From positions 41,850-105,849 of the IMG/VR virus record IMGVR_UViG_3300027796_000011: DNA of 64,000 nucleotides; one strand, written 5' to 3'. The notes under the pieces are model-generated. The model had not been told where the DNA came from, ran no database searches, and worked only from the letters and a program-made list of their open reading frames with translations. Origin of the DNA: a virus (taxonomy: Duplodnaviria; Heunggongvirae; Uroviricota; Caudoviricetes). Made by a program: the position numbers and the translations under genes. This document shows, one piece after another, positions 1 to 9,653 of this stretch; position 1 is the stretch's first letter; the number at the start of each line of letters is the position of its first letter.

Positions 1-321
1 CTTAGCCGTGGTGACGGCGGTGATCTGAAAGTTTCCAGCCGTGATAGCCAGCCCGGCAAGGGAAACGTCGGCAAGATCGGTAAGATTGATGATGTGTTTG
101 ATGCTATCACCAACGGACAGGCCAGTAACGGCGATGTTGGTGGCGGTAGCAGCACCAGTGACGGTGGTGAACTTCAGGTCTTGGACAGCGGAAGTCTCTG
201 TCTGAAGGGCCTCAATAGCCGCCTTCATTTCGGTAAGGATGGACTTCAGCCCACCTGTACCCTGCTCAGAGAGTTTCGAGCCGCCCTGCCCGAAGTTGGA
301 AGGAATAGCCTGCAAAGCCAT
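1..321 (-). CDS. small structural-module protein, partial; the ORF runs off the window edge, paralog of 364..606
   Basis: ATG at 321-319 preceded by AGGAGA; the C-terminal half shares the segment VTGLSVGD...VSLAGLAITAE with the next gene (AVSLAGLAITAG). Confidence 0.4.
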   Translation of the reverse strand, partial: MALQAIPSNFGQGGSKLSEQGTGGLKSILTEMKAAIEALQTETSAVQDLKFTTVTGAATATNIAVTGLSVGDSIKHIINLTDLADVSLAGLAITAGNFQITAVTTAK

Positions 322-363
322 GATCTATCTCCTATGCAAAAGTGCGTTTAACTTCAAAAAGAC

Positions 364-606
364 TTAGCCAGCGGAAGAGTCGATCCACAGAACGATCAGG
401 TTCTTGGAGGCGGTGGAGGCAGTCACCTGGAACTTACCAGCGGTGATAGCCAGACCAGCCAGGGACACCGCAGCCGGGGTGGTGATGTCGATGACCGACA
501 CAACAGTGTCACCAACAGCGAGGCCGGTGCAGGTAATGTCGGTAGCGGCATTAGCACCAGTGCAAAGGGACATCTTGATCTTCTCATGCTCATTCTTACA
601 AGACAT
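364..606 (-). CDS. small protein paralogous to 1..321, downstream of the capsid gene (possible decoration or minor head protein)
   Basis: 80 aa ORF with AGGAGA RBS 7 nt before the ATG; shares the SLAGLAITA block with the neighbouring ORF. Confidence 0.4.
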   Translation of the reverse strand: MSCKNEHEKIKMSLCTGANAATDITCTGLAVGDTVVSVIDITTPAAVSLAGLAITAGKFQVTASTASKNLIVLWIDSSAG

Positions 607-679
607 GGACGTATCTCCTTATGTGTTTTATGTGAATCGGGGGAGGGGTTTAGCCTCCCCCACAAGTTACGCGGGTTGG

Positions 680-1609
680 TTACGCGGGGGAAGCGATGTC
701 GGTGATGACCACCATACCAGCCTCGTCCTCAACAGCGAAGTCCGAACGCAGGGTCAGGACCACGATGAAGACGCGGCTACGGATGTCACGGTCAGTCTCC
801 ACCATGATGTCGCGCTGAATACCCCAGATCATGTTCTTCGGCTCAACGAACAGCATCTTGGTGTCGGGGATGAGGGCAGCGGACTCGACGGGGACGCCAA
901 ACGCCTGGATAGCGCGGTTGGTTTCCAGCAGGGAGTCACCAGTGGCGGTCTGACGATCAGCCAGCACATCACGGTACATCACTTCCTGGTTGGGCGAGAT
1001 GAAGAAGCGCATGGCCTGCTTGTTCCGCTGGTACTTCGCGGGCATCTCAAGCTGAGCCTTCTTGAACAGGGCCTTGCCCATAGCACCGCTGGAAAAGGAC
1101 ACGGTGTGGGAGGTGGCACGCTTGATGATACCGTCCTGAAGGGCCAGATCAGCATCGGTGGACGTGGTGTCACCAAGCAGGAAAGCCTCTTCCAGGTCAA
1201 GGGCAACCTGAGTAGCCATGTGGCCCATGATGGTGTTTTCCAGCCCACCCTTTTCAATGTTGTCTTCCAGCACATCGTAGGGGATGTGAATCTCCGCGAT
1301 GCGCTCCTTGGTCACGAGTTCCAGCTTGCTGGTGGTCGGCGCACCGCGCTTGCTGGCATCCAGAGTCACACCAGAAGAGGGGGCGGCATGGAGAATACGA
1401 CTACCGAAGCCGATCTTCTCAATGTAGCGGGTGGGGGCACCCATCTTCACCAAACGAGCCTGCTTCAGCAAGGTCGGCTCATTGTAGACCAGACCGATGA
1501 ACTTGTTGGCCTGCTCATGTTCCAGATAGCCGCCGTTGGAAACGAGGCTGGAAACCGCCAGATCGGCCTTGTCTGCCGTCACTAAATCCCGATTTGAAAT
1601 CTTCGACAT
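680..1609 (-). CDS. major capsid protein, HK97 fold family
   Basis: 309 aa counted from MSKISN (RBS AGGAGAAG); N-terminal SNGGYLEHE matches the GGYLvP signature of HK97-family capsid proteins; sits in the head module after the scaffold. Confidence 0.6.
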   Translation of the reverse strand: MSKISNRDLVTADKADLAVSSLVSNGGYLEHEQANKFIGLVYNEPTLLKQARLVKMGAPTRYIEKIGFGSRILHAAPSSGVTLDASKRGAPTTSKLELVTKERIAEIHIPYDVLEDNIEKGGLENTIMGHMATQVALDLEEAFLLGDTTSTDADLALQDGIIKRATSHTVSFSSGAMGKALFKKAQLEMPAKYQRNKQAMRFFISPNQEVMYRDVLADRQTATGDSLLETNRAIQAFGVPVESAALIPDTKMLFVEPKNMIWGIQRDIMVETDRDIRSRVFIVVLTLRSDFAVEDEAGMVVITDIASPA

Positions 1610-1632
1610 TGTGTCTTCTCCTGTATGTCCAA

Positions 1633-2592
1633 TTAGTAATTGGAGCATTTAAGTTCTTGATATGTACACCCAGGAATAGCGTGTGCTTGCCTGTGACATT
1701 GCTTACAGAGTGTTATGCAGTTGTCTACATCAGCAGATTCTATGGGGTTACTGACCACCGGGTCTACATGATGGCACTCCAGACTTTCTTCTACGCCAAC
1801 ACCGCACTTCTGACAGGTGTAGTTATCTCTTGCCAGAACTAACATGCGGAGTTCGGGTTGCACTTCTCTATTACCAGAAAACTCTAATAAGCCTGGAGTT
1901 AATGTTTTCTTGTAATAGACAGGGCACACCTGTTTGCACCCTTCAGAGCAGTAGAGGCGCATCTCGGCACCGGCAGACATTTTACCGTCTATGGCCTCTA
2001 AGCGGTTCTTAACCTGTCCATTGGTGGGTAGGAACCACTGCCCACAATAATTGCATTTAACTTCAATATACCCGGAGCCTGTACGCCTAACCGTGTCGTA
2101 CATACCTAAACGATCTCCGTATGTGTCAAATAAAGCCCAAGACTTTTTCCAGATTTTATTCAAGTCGCTGCTACGAACTACCCTGTCGGGGCTGGACGCT
2201 CTACGCTCTTTATTCTTAACTGAAATAACATCTTTATTAGCAGCATAATAAGTCGCGTGTTTTTCTTGCAACAACTCTTTTTTCTGATCTCTGTAGGATA
2301 CCTGATAAGCACGGTTCTGCTCAAGAAGTTTTGCTTTGTTCGCTTCATGATAAGCACGGTTCTGCTCAAGAAGTTTTGCTTTGTTCGCTTCATAATAGCG
2401 TTTCTTGGTAGCTAAACGCTTCTCACGGTTCTTGTCATAAGAGGCTTTATTAGTGGCAACAGCATCTTTCCTAGTACAAGAAATGCACCGGCTACACGGC
2501 TTTCCGGCCTCTTTCCCGGTCTTGTGGAAGTAGAACTCCGTAAGGGGCAGTTCTACTCCACACCCGTTGCATTTTTTGTGGCTGCTATCCAT
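1633..2592 (-). CDS. HNH homing endonuclease with internal 15-aa tandem duplication
   Basis: C-terminal ECHHVDPV...NCITLCKQCHRQAH HNH motif; N-terminal Cys4 cluster; the 45-bp perfect tandem repeat at 2304-2393 encodes HEANKAKLLEQNRAY twice. Confidence 0.75.
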   Translation of the reverse strand: MDSSHKKCNGCGVELPLTEFYFHKTGKEAGKPCSRCISCTRKDAVATNKASYDKNREKRLATKKRYYEANKAKLLEQNRAYHEANKAKLLEQNRAYQVSYRDQKKELLQEKHATYYAANKDVISVKNKERRASSPDRVVRSSDLNKIWKKSWALFDTYGDRLGMYDTVRRTGSGYIEVKCNYCGQWFLPTNGQVKNRLEAIDGKMSAGAEMRLYCSEGCKQVCPVYYKKTLTPGLLEFSGNREVQPELRMLVLARDNYTCQKCGVGVEESLECHHVDPVVSNPIESADVDNCITLCKQCHRQAHAIPGCTYQELKCSNY

Positions 2593-2614
2593 ATAAGTGC
2601 CTGGTTTTTAACGC

Positions 2615-3559
2615 TTAACTCGCGGTGCGGGTAATTTTGAGGTTCGTCTGCTCTGTGGGGTCCAGGAGACTTTGAAAAGGCATCGACAGAGTGATGGGGC
2701 CTTCACCCGAAACCGCAGTATCAGAACCAGAGTACACCAAGCGGGGAATCAGAATGGTGTAGGACTTGGTGGTGCCGTTCCCAAGCACGATCTCGACACT
2801 GGAAACAGTCTCGTTCACGAACTTGTTGAACATGGTAGTGTCCTGAAAGAACGCAGACAGCGTACCAGTGAGGTTGGACCGGCCCGCCGTAATACCAGCG
2901 GCGTTGCGGTTGCCCAGAACAAACAAGGCTTCCAGGCCGTTCTGCAACTGGATATCCAGCCCGGTCACAAGACCAATGGTGGTGCCACCTTCCTTAATGG
3001 TCCCGCTAAAGCCGTCGAACGGCAGTTCAGCCTGCGAAGCAGTGGGGGACGCATCGAGGGGGGTTCCGGTCATGGCTTCAACGGTCTTGGCAAGCATGTT
3101 GAAGGAACCAGTGACCATCGCGTTGGGCTTGATGGACAGAGAGAACGTGTTCACCATACAGCCCTTGTAGACCTGATACTGTCCGATATCAGAGAACGAG
3201 CGTTCGATGGAGAACGAGGAGACGGGGTTGGTCTTGGCGGGGGTGGACTCAGCATCCCAAGAAGCCTTGAGGACGTTGGAGTTCCACTTTCCGAAGCAAG
3301 CAGCTTCGAGGAAGGGATCAAACTCCTTCCAAGAGAACTCGAAGGCCACATCACCACCACCGCGCTGGTTGCCCTGCTTGAAGCCGTAAATCTGGCGGTC
3401 AGAACGAAGCTCGGCGGACTGAAAGGCGTCCTTCGTCAACTGCATGGAACAACTGGTGTAACGGAGGTCCACCATGCTAGGGGTTGTGGGGGTGGTCCCG
3501 TAAGTCACCTCGGGCACGTAGCGGAATCCCGCAGAACTTCCGGCAGCGTAAGCGCACAT
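2615..3559 (-). CDS. head structural protein (second capsid-like or decoration protein)
   Basis: 314 aa; AAGGAG RBS; lies directly downstream of the scaffold-like gene in the morphogenesis operon; beta-rich and G/S/T-rich composition typical of virion proteins. Confidence 0.4.
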   Translation of the reverse strand: MCAYAAGSSAGFRYVPEVTYGTTPTTPSMVDLRYTSCSMQLTKDAFQSAELRSDRQIYGFKQGNQRGGGDVAFEFSWKEFDPFLEAACFGKWNSNVLKASWDAESTPAKTNPVSSFSIERSFSDIGQYQVYKGCMVNTFSLSIKPNAMVTGSFNMLAKTVEAMTGTPLDASPTASQAELPFDGFSGTIKEGGTTIGLVTGLDIQLQNGLEALFVLGNRNAAGITAGRSNLTGTLSAFFQDTTMFNKFVNETVSSVEIVLGNGTTKSYTILIPRLVYSGSDTAVSGEGPITLSMPFQSLLDPTEQTNLKITRTAS

Positions 3560-3581
3560 AGCGTGTTACTCCTTATCCTTA

Positions 3582-4631
3582 TTAGCGGACGTTACCAAAG
3601 AGGGCACCAGTGAAATCACCCTTCTCGGCAGCGGTCTTTTCTTTGGTAGCGACAGGAGCATCCTCAGTCTTGTCCACAACCACACCAGGAACAAGGCTCT
3701 GCATCTTGGTGACTTCCTTCCCCATATCTTCAAACTTGGAAGCAAGACCAAGAACCAGGGTCTTCAGTTCAGTGATGGTGGCCTCAAGGGCAGCCTTCCC
3801 GCCATCCTCGGCTTTGGCCTCTTCCACAACGGCCTCTGCGGGGGTGGTAGCCTCTTCCTTCTGCTCGACCTTGGGTTCAGTCGAAGCAACAACGTCTTCG
3901 GTTTTCTCTTCCACAACAGTCTCCTTGACATCTTCGGTTTTAGGTTCTGCTTCGACTTCTCTCTTCGTCGGCAGGAACGCCTCTCCCTTCGTCACGCTCA
4001 ACACGTTATCGAGGAAAGACGTAAAGTTCTTCCAGATACCCTGGACGGCTTTCAACTTGGACTTGGCATCCCCTTCAGTCTGGTTCAAGATACCGGAGAT
4101 AGCAGCCCACAGGGCGTCCATCTCATCCCAAGTCTCCCAAGACATCATCTTGGTGACAGTTTCGGCGGGGATGGGGCCAACCTCATCATCAAGGACGATA
4201 ACTTCAGACTTCTGCTTGAAGAGTTTGCCAAGCAGCCCGCTCTTCTCCTCGTCCTTGGGGATACCAACGATGGCTTTGATCTTGTGTTCAGCATCGAGTT
4301 CCACAATCTCAAAAGAATCATCCTTGAAAGCCTCGCGGGCGTGCTGCACAAAGGACACACCAGAAGCAGACTCAAGAGAGGCATCAGACTTAAAGGTAGC
4401 CTGGATGTCCTCCCCCAAACACTGCTTGATGACCTCTACGTCAGTGCCCTTCGGGGCCAGAATCGAATGGATTACACGCATACCAACCTCGCTCTTATGG
4501 ATTTTTTGACTCTTCACAACCTTGAATGGTATCTGATTAGCCGCGTACTGAACGGCACTGACGTAAATAGCCTCTGGGTTAACCATGAAGTTGACTTCAC
4601 GTTCGGCTGTATGTGTCTCTTGAATTGGCAT
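3582..4631 (-). CDS. head scaffolding-like protein
   Basis: 349 aa, very acidic, with E/K-rich coiled-coil C-terminal half (KTEDVKETVVEEKTEDV...); positioned between the protease-like and capsid genes. Confidence 0.45.
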   Translation of the reverse strand: MPIQETHTAEREVNFMVNPEAIYVSAVQYAANQIPFKVVKSQKIHKSEVGMRVIHSILAPKGTDVEVIKQCLGEDIQATFKSDASLESASGVSFVQHAREAFKDDSFEIVELDAEHKIKAIVGIPKDEEKSGLLGKLFKQKSEVIVLDDEVGPIPAETVTKMMSWETWDEMDALWAAISGILNQTEGDAKSKLKAVQGIWKNFTSFLDNVLSVTKGEAFLPTKREVEAEPKTEDVKETVVEEKTEDVVASTEPKVEQKEEATTPAEAVVEEAKAEDGGKAALEATITELKTLVLGLASKFEDMGKEVTKMQSLVPGVVVDKTEDAPVATKEKTAAEKGDFTGALFGNVR

Positions 4632-4671
4632 GTGTGCTATCCTTCCCGCTTTTTGAAGTTAACTTCAGTGC

Positions 4672-5229
4672 TTACTCGACAAAAAAGCGGTGGGAGTGGG
4701 AAAGTTTGGTGGCTGTTGCGGTTGTGGTCAGAATGTCGTGCGTATGCTCGTAGGCTTTCTCACACACGGCCATCCCCACAGTACCGTCAGCATTAAACTC
4801 CACATAGATGGAGTGCTTGTGGACCGGGACTTCATCAGCAGAAACACTATCCTCGGTGTCTCCAAAGAAAATCTTGGCAACTTCGGTGATGACCTTCTTG
4901 GCGACTTTGTTGACACGCATCTGCACAGAGAAGCCGTTCAACTCACCTTTACTAATCATCTCCCAGGTGGGGTTCTCTTCGTCAACACGGACACCAAGCA
5001 CCCAAGCACCTTCGGGGTAGGTAGGATCATCTGATTTGGCAATGAACGATTCGACAACTTCACAACCGTTGATGATATTGTCGTGACCCGTGTCGATATT
5101 GAGAACTTTTCCAGAGGCAATGAAATCGTGAGCCATTTTCTTGATGTCAGCAGCCAGCATGGTTTCCCCATCCGTATCTAGGATGTTGGGGGCGTACACC
5201 ACGCCTTCTACATAATGCTTCTGACCCAT
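4672..5229 (-). CDS. prohead protease-like protein (XkdF/DUF2213-like)
   Basis: 185 aa; GAGGG RBS; positioned immediately upstream of the scaffold gene; weak resemblance only. Confidence 0.3.
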   Translation of the reverse strand: MGQKHYVEGVVYAPNILDTDGETMLAADIKKMAHDFIASGKVLNIDTGHDNIINGCEVVESFIAKSDDPTYPEGAWVLGVRVDEENPTWEMISKGELNGFSVQMRVNKVAKKVITEVAKIFFGDTEDSVSADEVPVHKHSIYVEFNADGTVGMAVCEKAYEHTHDILTTTATATKLSHSHRFFVE

Positions 5230-5404
5230 GATATGCCCTCATATTGACGATTTTTCGTCAAAATTTGAGGCTAATATAGCGATTTCTGGGAATTGTCAAG
5301 CAGAGGTTCTAATTGGCAGGGATACTTGAATATTTTCAATGAGAACTGTTGTTATATTTGACGGTATAGCATTAAATTAACGATATATCATAATTTAGGC
5401 ATAA

Positions 5405-5437
5405 AAAAAGACCCCCAATCTCTTGGGGGTCTTAGTA
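5405..5437 (-). terminator. rho-independent terminator
   Basis: GACCCCCAAGAGATTGGGGGTC hairpin followed by a T7 run on the minus strand, downstream of 5458..5673. Confidence 0.5.
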
Positions 5438-5457
5438 TGTAGTTGTTGTGTCCGGTG

Positions 5458-5673
5458 TTACAGTGACAAGTGTTCTTTTAGCATCCTTCGAGTACATTCG
5501 TCACATATATCGAGGATAATCACCCCGTTCACCCCCGAAATCTCCATAGTGCCCAGATACATGTGCTCAAACTTCTCCATGTCTTCTGATGTGGTGTACG
5601 CCTTCTGACAAGCATCACACTTCATGCTAAGAATCTTCATCATCCCCGTCTCTTCCTGATTATACGTCAGCAT
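5458..5673 (-). CDS. small zinc-ribbon protein
   Basis: 71 aa with CDAC...CDEC pairs. Confidence 0.35.
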   Translation of the reverse strand: MLTYNQEETGMMKILSMKCDACQKAYTTSEDMEKFEHMYLGTMEISGVNGVIILDICDECTRRMLKEHLSL

Positions 5674-5692
5674 GTACTTCCCCCCCCATTTG

Positions 5693-6187
5693 TTAAGATT
5701 TAGTCACTTCGGTCTTCAGAAGAGACACCACGACAGTACGCACCCCGAACTCTCTCATGTCTTTCTTGTTGGACACAAGTATATCAATAGTCTTCTTGTG
5801 TTTCTTGGGCATCAGGTCATTGATAACAAAAAGACCCACACCATGAACTTTGATGATCTTACCTTTAGACCATCCCGCTCTGTGCAGGTCTTGGGAGACG
5901 GCCACCCCACCAAGGAAGGGTTCCGTACCGAACGCAGTTTCGTTAGGGTTACTGTCGCAAGAGGCTTCTGTCGCCATATAGGCAGTAGCCTTGAGGGATA
6001 TCGTCTCAATGTGGGAGGTGTTCTGAAACACCTTGGCTGGCTCTGGGTCTGGCATCTCAATACGGGGGGCCGGATCGTGAATGACGGGTCTTCCAGACGA
6101 CAACTCTTTGGACAGAGTTCCCGCCAGAAGGACGATGGAGATAAACAGCAGAATGTACCAAATAACGCTTGCTTGCTCTTTCGACAT
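5693..6187 (-). CDS. membrane-anchored 3D-domain peptidoglycan hydrolase (lytic transglycosylase-like)
   Basis: N-terminal TM helix VIWYILLFISIVLLAG; C-terminal ATAYMATEASCD...GGVAVSQD...GKIIKVHGVG...DILV matches the 3D domain (YocH/MltA-like). Confidence 0.6.
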   Translation of the reverse strand: MSKEQASVIWYILLFISIVLLAGTLSKELSSGRPVIHDPAPRIEMPDPEPAKVFQNTSHIETISLKATAYMATEASCDSNPNETAFGTEPFLGGVAVSQDLHRAGWSKGKIIKVHGVGLFVINDLMPKKHKKTIDILVSNKKDMREFGVRTVVVSLLKTEVTKS

Positions 6188-6225
6188 ACTCTTCACATTT
6201 CTCTTTTTTGAAGTTAAGTTCAGTT

Positions 6226-6486
6226 TCAATCCACCCGTTTCCGAATCCATCTTAAATCTGTGTTAGCTGGTTTTTGTCGTGAGCGAATCCACAGCACATC
6301 GAAAATGCCAGGACTACCCACTACACAAAAACCAGTGGCTTCTGGATGCGTGTTTGCAGCAACAACTACAGGGCGTCCTAGAAATTTTACCATCCCAAGT
6401 AGTATCGGGTACAACCCTCTATCTGGGAGGGCATCTAAGCCATCCAAAGACATAAGTGTGACTACATCCCCTTTCCTAAGTCTCAT
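6226..6486 (-). CDS. hypothetical protein
   Basis: 86 aa ORF in operon context. Confidence 0.3.
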   Translation of the reverse strand: MRLRKGDVVTLMSLDGLDALPDRGLYPILLGMVKFLGRPVVVAANTHPEATGFCVVGSPGIFDVLWIRSRQKPANTDLRWIRKRVD

Positions 6487-6790
6487 TACAGCCTCCCACC
6501 CGCTTCCGAATCAGTCTTATATCCTTGTGTTCTGCATCCCGCCTTACTATCTCCACACAGTTGGGGGGCAGAATCCTGACATCCCCCGTGTCCATCTGTA
6601 TGATGTAGCCATCTTGGAGTTGGGCCAGCCCAAGAATGTATCCAAACGTAGTCCCCTTCAGAAACGGCTTTATGGGGTCTTCCAGAACGTACTTCGGAAG
6701 GTCTTTTATGCACCTCAGTTCCTTCCGGCTCTTGATGCGGCACCTTCTGTGTACGTTTTTGGTCAGTTCTTCTGTCGAGTATGTAACCAT
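6476..6790 (-). CDS. member of the HRDIRLIR small-protein family
   Basis: C-terminal AEHKDIRLIRKRVGG matches the array consensus at 11.4-15 kb. Confidence 0.45.
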   Translation of the reverse strand: MVTYSTEELTKNVHRRCRIKSRKELRCIKDLPKYVLEDPIKPFLKGTTFGYILGLAQLQDGYIIQMDTGDVRILPPNCVEIVRRDAEHKDIRLIRKRVGGCNET

Positions 6791-6821
6791 GTGCGTACCC
6801 TACACAGTCTTCTCTCTTTTG

Positions 6822-7031
6822 TCAAGAGATATCTCGCATACCTCTCATACAACCGCACGCGATGACCGTCCCGCCCTTCAAGTTGTCCACTCTGATGGTT
6901 TTTAGGTTCCCGCAGTTGAGGCACTTGCATATCCACCAAGTCTTACCGGAGTTATCCTGCGGGGTGGCTCTGGCCTTCACCAACAACTCCCCAAACTGCT
7001 GACCTACGAGGTTTGAAGGTCTTCGTGGCAT
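6822..7031 (-). CDS. small Cys-rich zinc-binding protein
   Basis: WICKCLNCGN...ACGC motif. Confidence 0.35.
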   Translation of the reverse strand: MPRRPSNLVGQQFGELLVKARATPQDNSGKTWWICKCLNCGNLKTIRVDNLKGGTVIACGCMRGMRDIS

Positions 7032-7354
7032 GTAACTTCCTCCTGCTTCACGAACTTGGCACAGCCGTAGTTACCCACGTTATGGAACAGTTCTGAGATG
7101 TAGAGACTTGCACCTTCTGGGTGGTAATACTTCACAAGTGTTCCGTACAGCCCGCACTTCCCGTAGAAGATGCCCTGGACATGGCTCTCTACAAAAGGCT
7201 CCAGCCTGTTCGCACAACTAAAACAATTCTCCTTGTGCATCCTACCCCCACTTTGGCTAGTATTTGTGCATGTCAACAACATCAGGCCCCAGGTAGGGGT
7301 CAAGCAGTTTCCGCCACAGTGTATATCCATTCTTGGTGAGATGCACCCCATCAA
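7004..7354 (-). CDS. hypothetical Cys-rich protein
   Basis: 116 aa ORF. Confidence 0.3.
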   Translation of the reverse strand: MMGCISPRMDIHCGGNCLTPTWGLMLLTCTNTSQSGGRMHKENCFSCANRLEPFVESHVQGIFYGKCGLYGTLVKYYHPEGASLYISELFHNVGNYGCAKFVKQEEVTCHEDLQTS

Positions 7355-7802
7355 CTGTGAAATTCTGACTCAATCTGTTGCTATTGTCAAGAAAAAACAG
7401 ATGAAAATCCAGAAAAAGAACCTTCGGGTCCATCATGTGGTGGCAGAGAAGTCGCAACTCTGTGTTCACCCTATACACATGGGGATTCAATTCATCTCGG
7501 CGGGTGGGCAGGACAGACTGCACATAAATCTGCGTCTCCGGGGAGCCAGCCCGAATTTTTTCAATCAGGGCTTGGTATTTTGCAGTCAACTTCAAATCTT
7601 GAATCTGATTGATACCCACCATGATGAAGATTTTCTTGGGCTTCTGTGTCAGCACCGTATCTACCATCTTGGACATATCAGCGATTGTGCCAGACACCTT
7701 CCCGACGATCACGGAACCGTTAGGAAGCAGCGGGGAGGACTCCCACCCCTTGGTGATAGAGTCCCCCAGAAACACCAGCAGAAACAGATAGACAGCACTC
7801 AT
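7257..7802 (-). CDS. SGNH/GDSL-family hydrolase (esterase)
   Basis: GGGAAGGG RBS before MSAVYLF; FLGDSIT block I with catalytic Ser; DGVHLT block V; signal-peptide-like N-terminus. Confidence 0.6.
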   Translation of the reverse strand: MSAVYLFLLVFLGDSITKGWESSPLLPNGSVIVGKVSGTIADMSKMVDTVLTQKPKKIFIMVGINQIQDLKLTAKYQALIEKIRAGSPETQIYVQSVLPTRRDELNPHVYRVNTELRLLCHHMMDPKVLFLDFHLFFLDNSNRLSQNFTVDGVHLTKNGYTLWRKLLDPYLGPDVVDMHKY

Positions 7803-8059
7803 TAACCCTTCCCCTCGCACGTAAAAGTTATCTGGTCTGGACGCCACAGCCAGTCCGCAGGACGTTTAGACAGGTGGTCCAGCAGTTCCTTGTGGGAGTT
7901 CACCACGATACAGTTATCACAGGAACTCGCCCACGGAGCATTTCCATACCCACACACAGGACACTTCCATCCCACCGGGACGGGCTGCGGAGTCTCACAG
8001 GTGTGTCCAGAACTCTCCACGATCTTGCCACAATACTGACAGTAAGTCTTATGGAACAC
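7802..8059 (-). CDS. zinc-ribbon protein
   Basis: CQYCG...CETP...CPVCG Cys4 pairs. Confidence 0.35.
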   Translation of the reverse strand: MFHKTYCQYCGKIVESSGHTCETPQPVPVGWKCPVCGYGNAPWASSCDNCIVVNSHKELLDHLSKRPADWLWRPDQITFTCEGKG

Positions 8060-8062
8060 GGT

Positions 8063-9079
8063 CTAAACCTCCACGTAACAGGATAAGATGAACTCATCTC
8101 CAACCCTTGGGTCATACAGGTTTTTCTCTGGCGGGTAGGCATCCTGCAATGCTTTGATTTCTTCCAGCCCATCAACCAGAATCTTCTCGCAGTCTGCCCA
8201 AGGAACCTTTCCTTGCTTCACTTCCAGCAACTTGTCGGCACACGGAAGCGGGAAGGAAACCCCCCAACCAGTAGTGAGAAGTTGGTGCATCTGATAGAGA
8301 CAGCGAAGGGCATGAGAGACTGCCTTCCAATCCACCCCCTCATTACTGGCTGCCTGAATAGCCCGCTGTCCGTAGCGTTCAAAATCGCCTGTAACGCGGG
8401 TGGCAAACTCCTGCATGGTGATACCCCCCATGTGGACCTTCCCGCAAAGCACGAGGCTTCTGGAGCCATTCACAACCTTCTCAAAGCAGTACGAGGCATC
8501 CCCACATTCCGCAAGAATCTCCGTCATCCAGAAGTCCAACTTGAACTCAAGGATTTTGGGGTGGGCCTTCGTCAGCCAATCATAGACTTTCTTGATGGCG
8601 TTGAGCCTGGACCCCTTGATCGAATACTTCTTCGTCTGCTGCATGATGTAGCCCAGGTAGCCCTGAACCTTGGCCGGGTCATACAGATATCTGTGAATCT
8701 CTAGGAGGTCATTAACGAGTGACCAATCATCCTGCAAGAAACACTTGGGGTTGGTATGGGCATACAGCAGATCGAGGGCGTTGGTGTCCCCCATCCCCAA
8801 CAGTTTGAACCAATACTGCACAGACCACAGTTGAATGTCTACGTCGTCAGGGCTGTTCTTTCCGTCCCCCTCCTTCGACTTGAAGGACAGGTGCTTGCAA
8901 GTCTTCCCAAGGAACAAAGACCTTGTGCTTGGCAGAAAGATGCCTTTCACATCTGTGTCAGACGCTTCCGTGTTGGTGCCGTACAGACGGCTCCCGAAAT
9001 GCGTGAGGTAGAGAAGTTCGTGTCCCTCCGTAGCACACATGCCCTCTGCCTTCTCTACCAATTGCTCATCAGTCCACAT
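8063..9079 (-). CDS. pol-beta superfamily nucleotidyltransferase
   Basis: LYGTNTEASDTDVKGIF matches hG[GS]x9-13DxD of minimal nucleotidyltransferases; 338 aa. Confidence 0.55.
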   Translation of the reverse strand: MWTDEQLVEKAEGMCATEGHELLYLTHFGSRLYGTNTEASDTDVKGIFLPSTRSLFLGKTCKHLSFKSKEGDGKNSPDDVDIQLWSVQYWFKLLGMGDTNALDLLYAHTNPKCFLQDDWSLVNDLLEIHRYLYDPAKVQGYLGYIMQQTKKYSIKGSRLNAIKKVYDWLTKAHPKILEFKLDFWMTEILAECGDASYCFEKVVNGSRSLVLCGKVHMGGITMQEFATRVTGDFERYGQRAIQAASNEGVDWKAVSHALRCLYQMHQLLTTGWGVSFPLPCADKLLEVKQGKVPWADCEKILVDGLEEIKALQDAYPPEKNLYDPRVGDEFILSCYVEV

Positions 9080-9254
9080 ACTTCCTCACCCCCAATCCCT
9101 CTAAGATTTTTGCACGACGCTCAATCCCACCCCGAAGCATGTACAGATATTCGGGTAGGCCCTCCAGGTCATCAAAAGCATCCAAGAGATCGAGTTCCCA
9201 TACAGTCTCTTCGATCAAATCTTGGAACAGTTCAACATGGCTTCTCTTTTCCAT
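9069..9254 (-). CDS. hypothetical acidic protein
   Basis: GGAGGGG RBS before MEKRSHVELF. Confidence 0.3.
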   Translation of the reverse strand: MEKRSHVELFQDLIEETVWELDLLDAFDDLEGLPEYLYMLRGGIERRAKILEGLGVRKYVD

Positions 9255-9446
9255 GCACCCCTCCAAAAGTAGCAGTCCACTCCCCGTCCGTAAACAGGTT
9301 CTCCCAATCCCGCTGAAGTTCCAGGTACTTGTCGTGGTGCTGATTAAGCATGAAGCGACAGGCATCTGGTACTTTCGTAGACACCGCGCCAAGATACACA
9401 CACTTGAACAGTAAGTCAAGTTTTTTGTTCAGTATGTCCATTTTTG

Positions 9447-9653
9447 TCACGAGTTAAAGTCCTCGTAAACGGTATTGATAACATAGTCCATGAGTGCCGG
9501 GGTTTTGGCAACTATAGCAAGCGCGGCTATCTTAGCCATGTGTTCGGGAACCAAGTCCTCGTCCTGCATGGTAGGAAGATACATACGCATAGAGCCATCC
9601 GGGGACATCACCAGAGCCGCCTCATCCTCCCCACACTTCAGATCAATCGTCAT
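9447..9653 (-). CDS. hypothetical protein
   Basis: starts MTIDLK with ATGA overlap to the upstream gene. Confidence 0.3.
   Translation of the reverse strand: MTIDLKCGEDEAALVMSPDGSMRMYLPTMQDEDLVPEHMAKIAALAIVAKTPALMDYVINTVYEDFNS

Noticed and set aside
404-1585. 393-aa plus-strand ORF
   Set aside because: Antisense to the capsid gene. G/V/L-rich low-complexity translation with no RBS. The minus-strand gene has clear homology signals.
2672-3613. 313-aa plus-strand ORF
   Set aside because: Antisense to 2615..3559. Gly/Arg-rich composition typical of the reverse frame of a G/S/T-rich structural gene.
3610-4509. 299-aa Ser/Thr-rich plus-strand ORF
   Set aside because: Mirror image of the acidic scaffold gene (E/K codons read in antisense give S/F/L). 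No start context.
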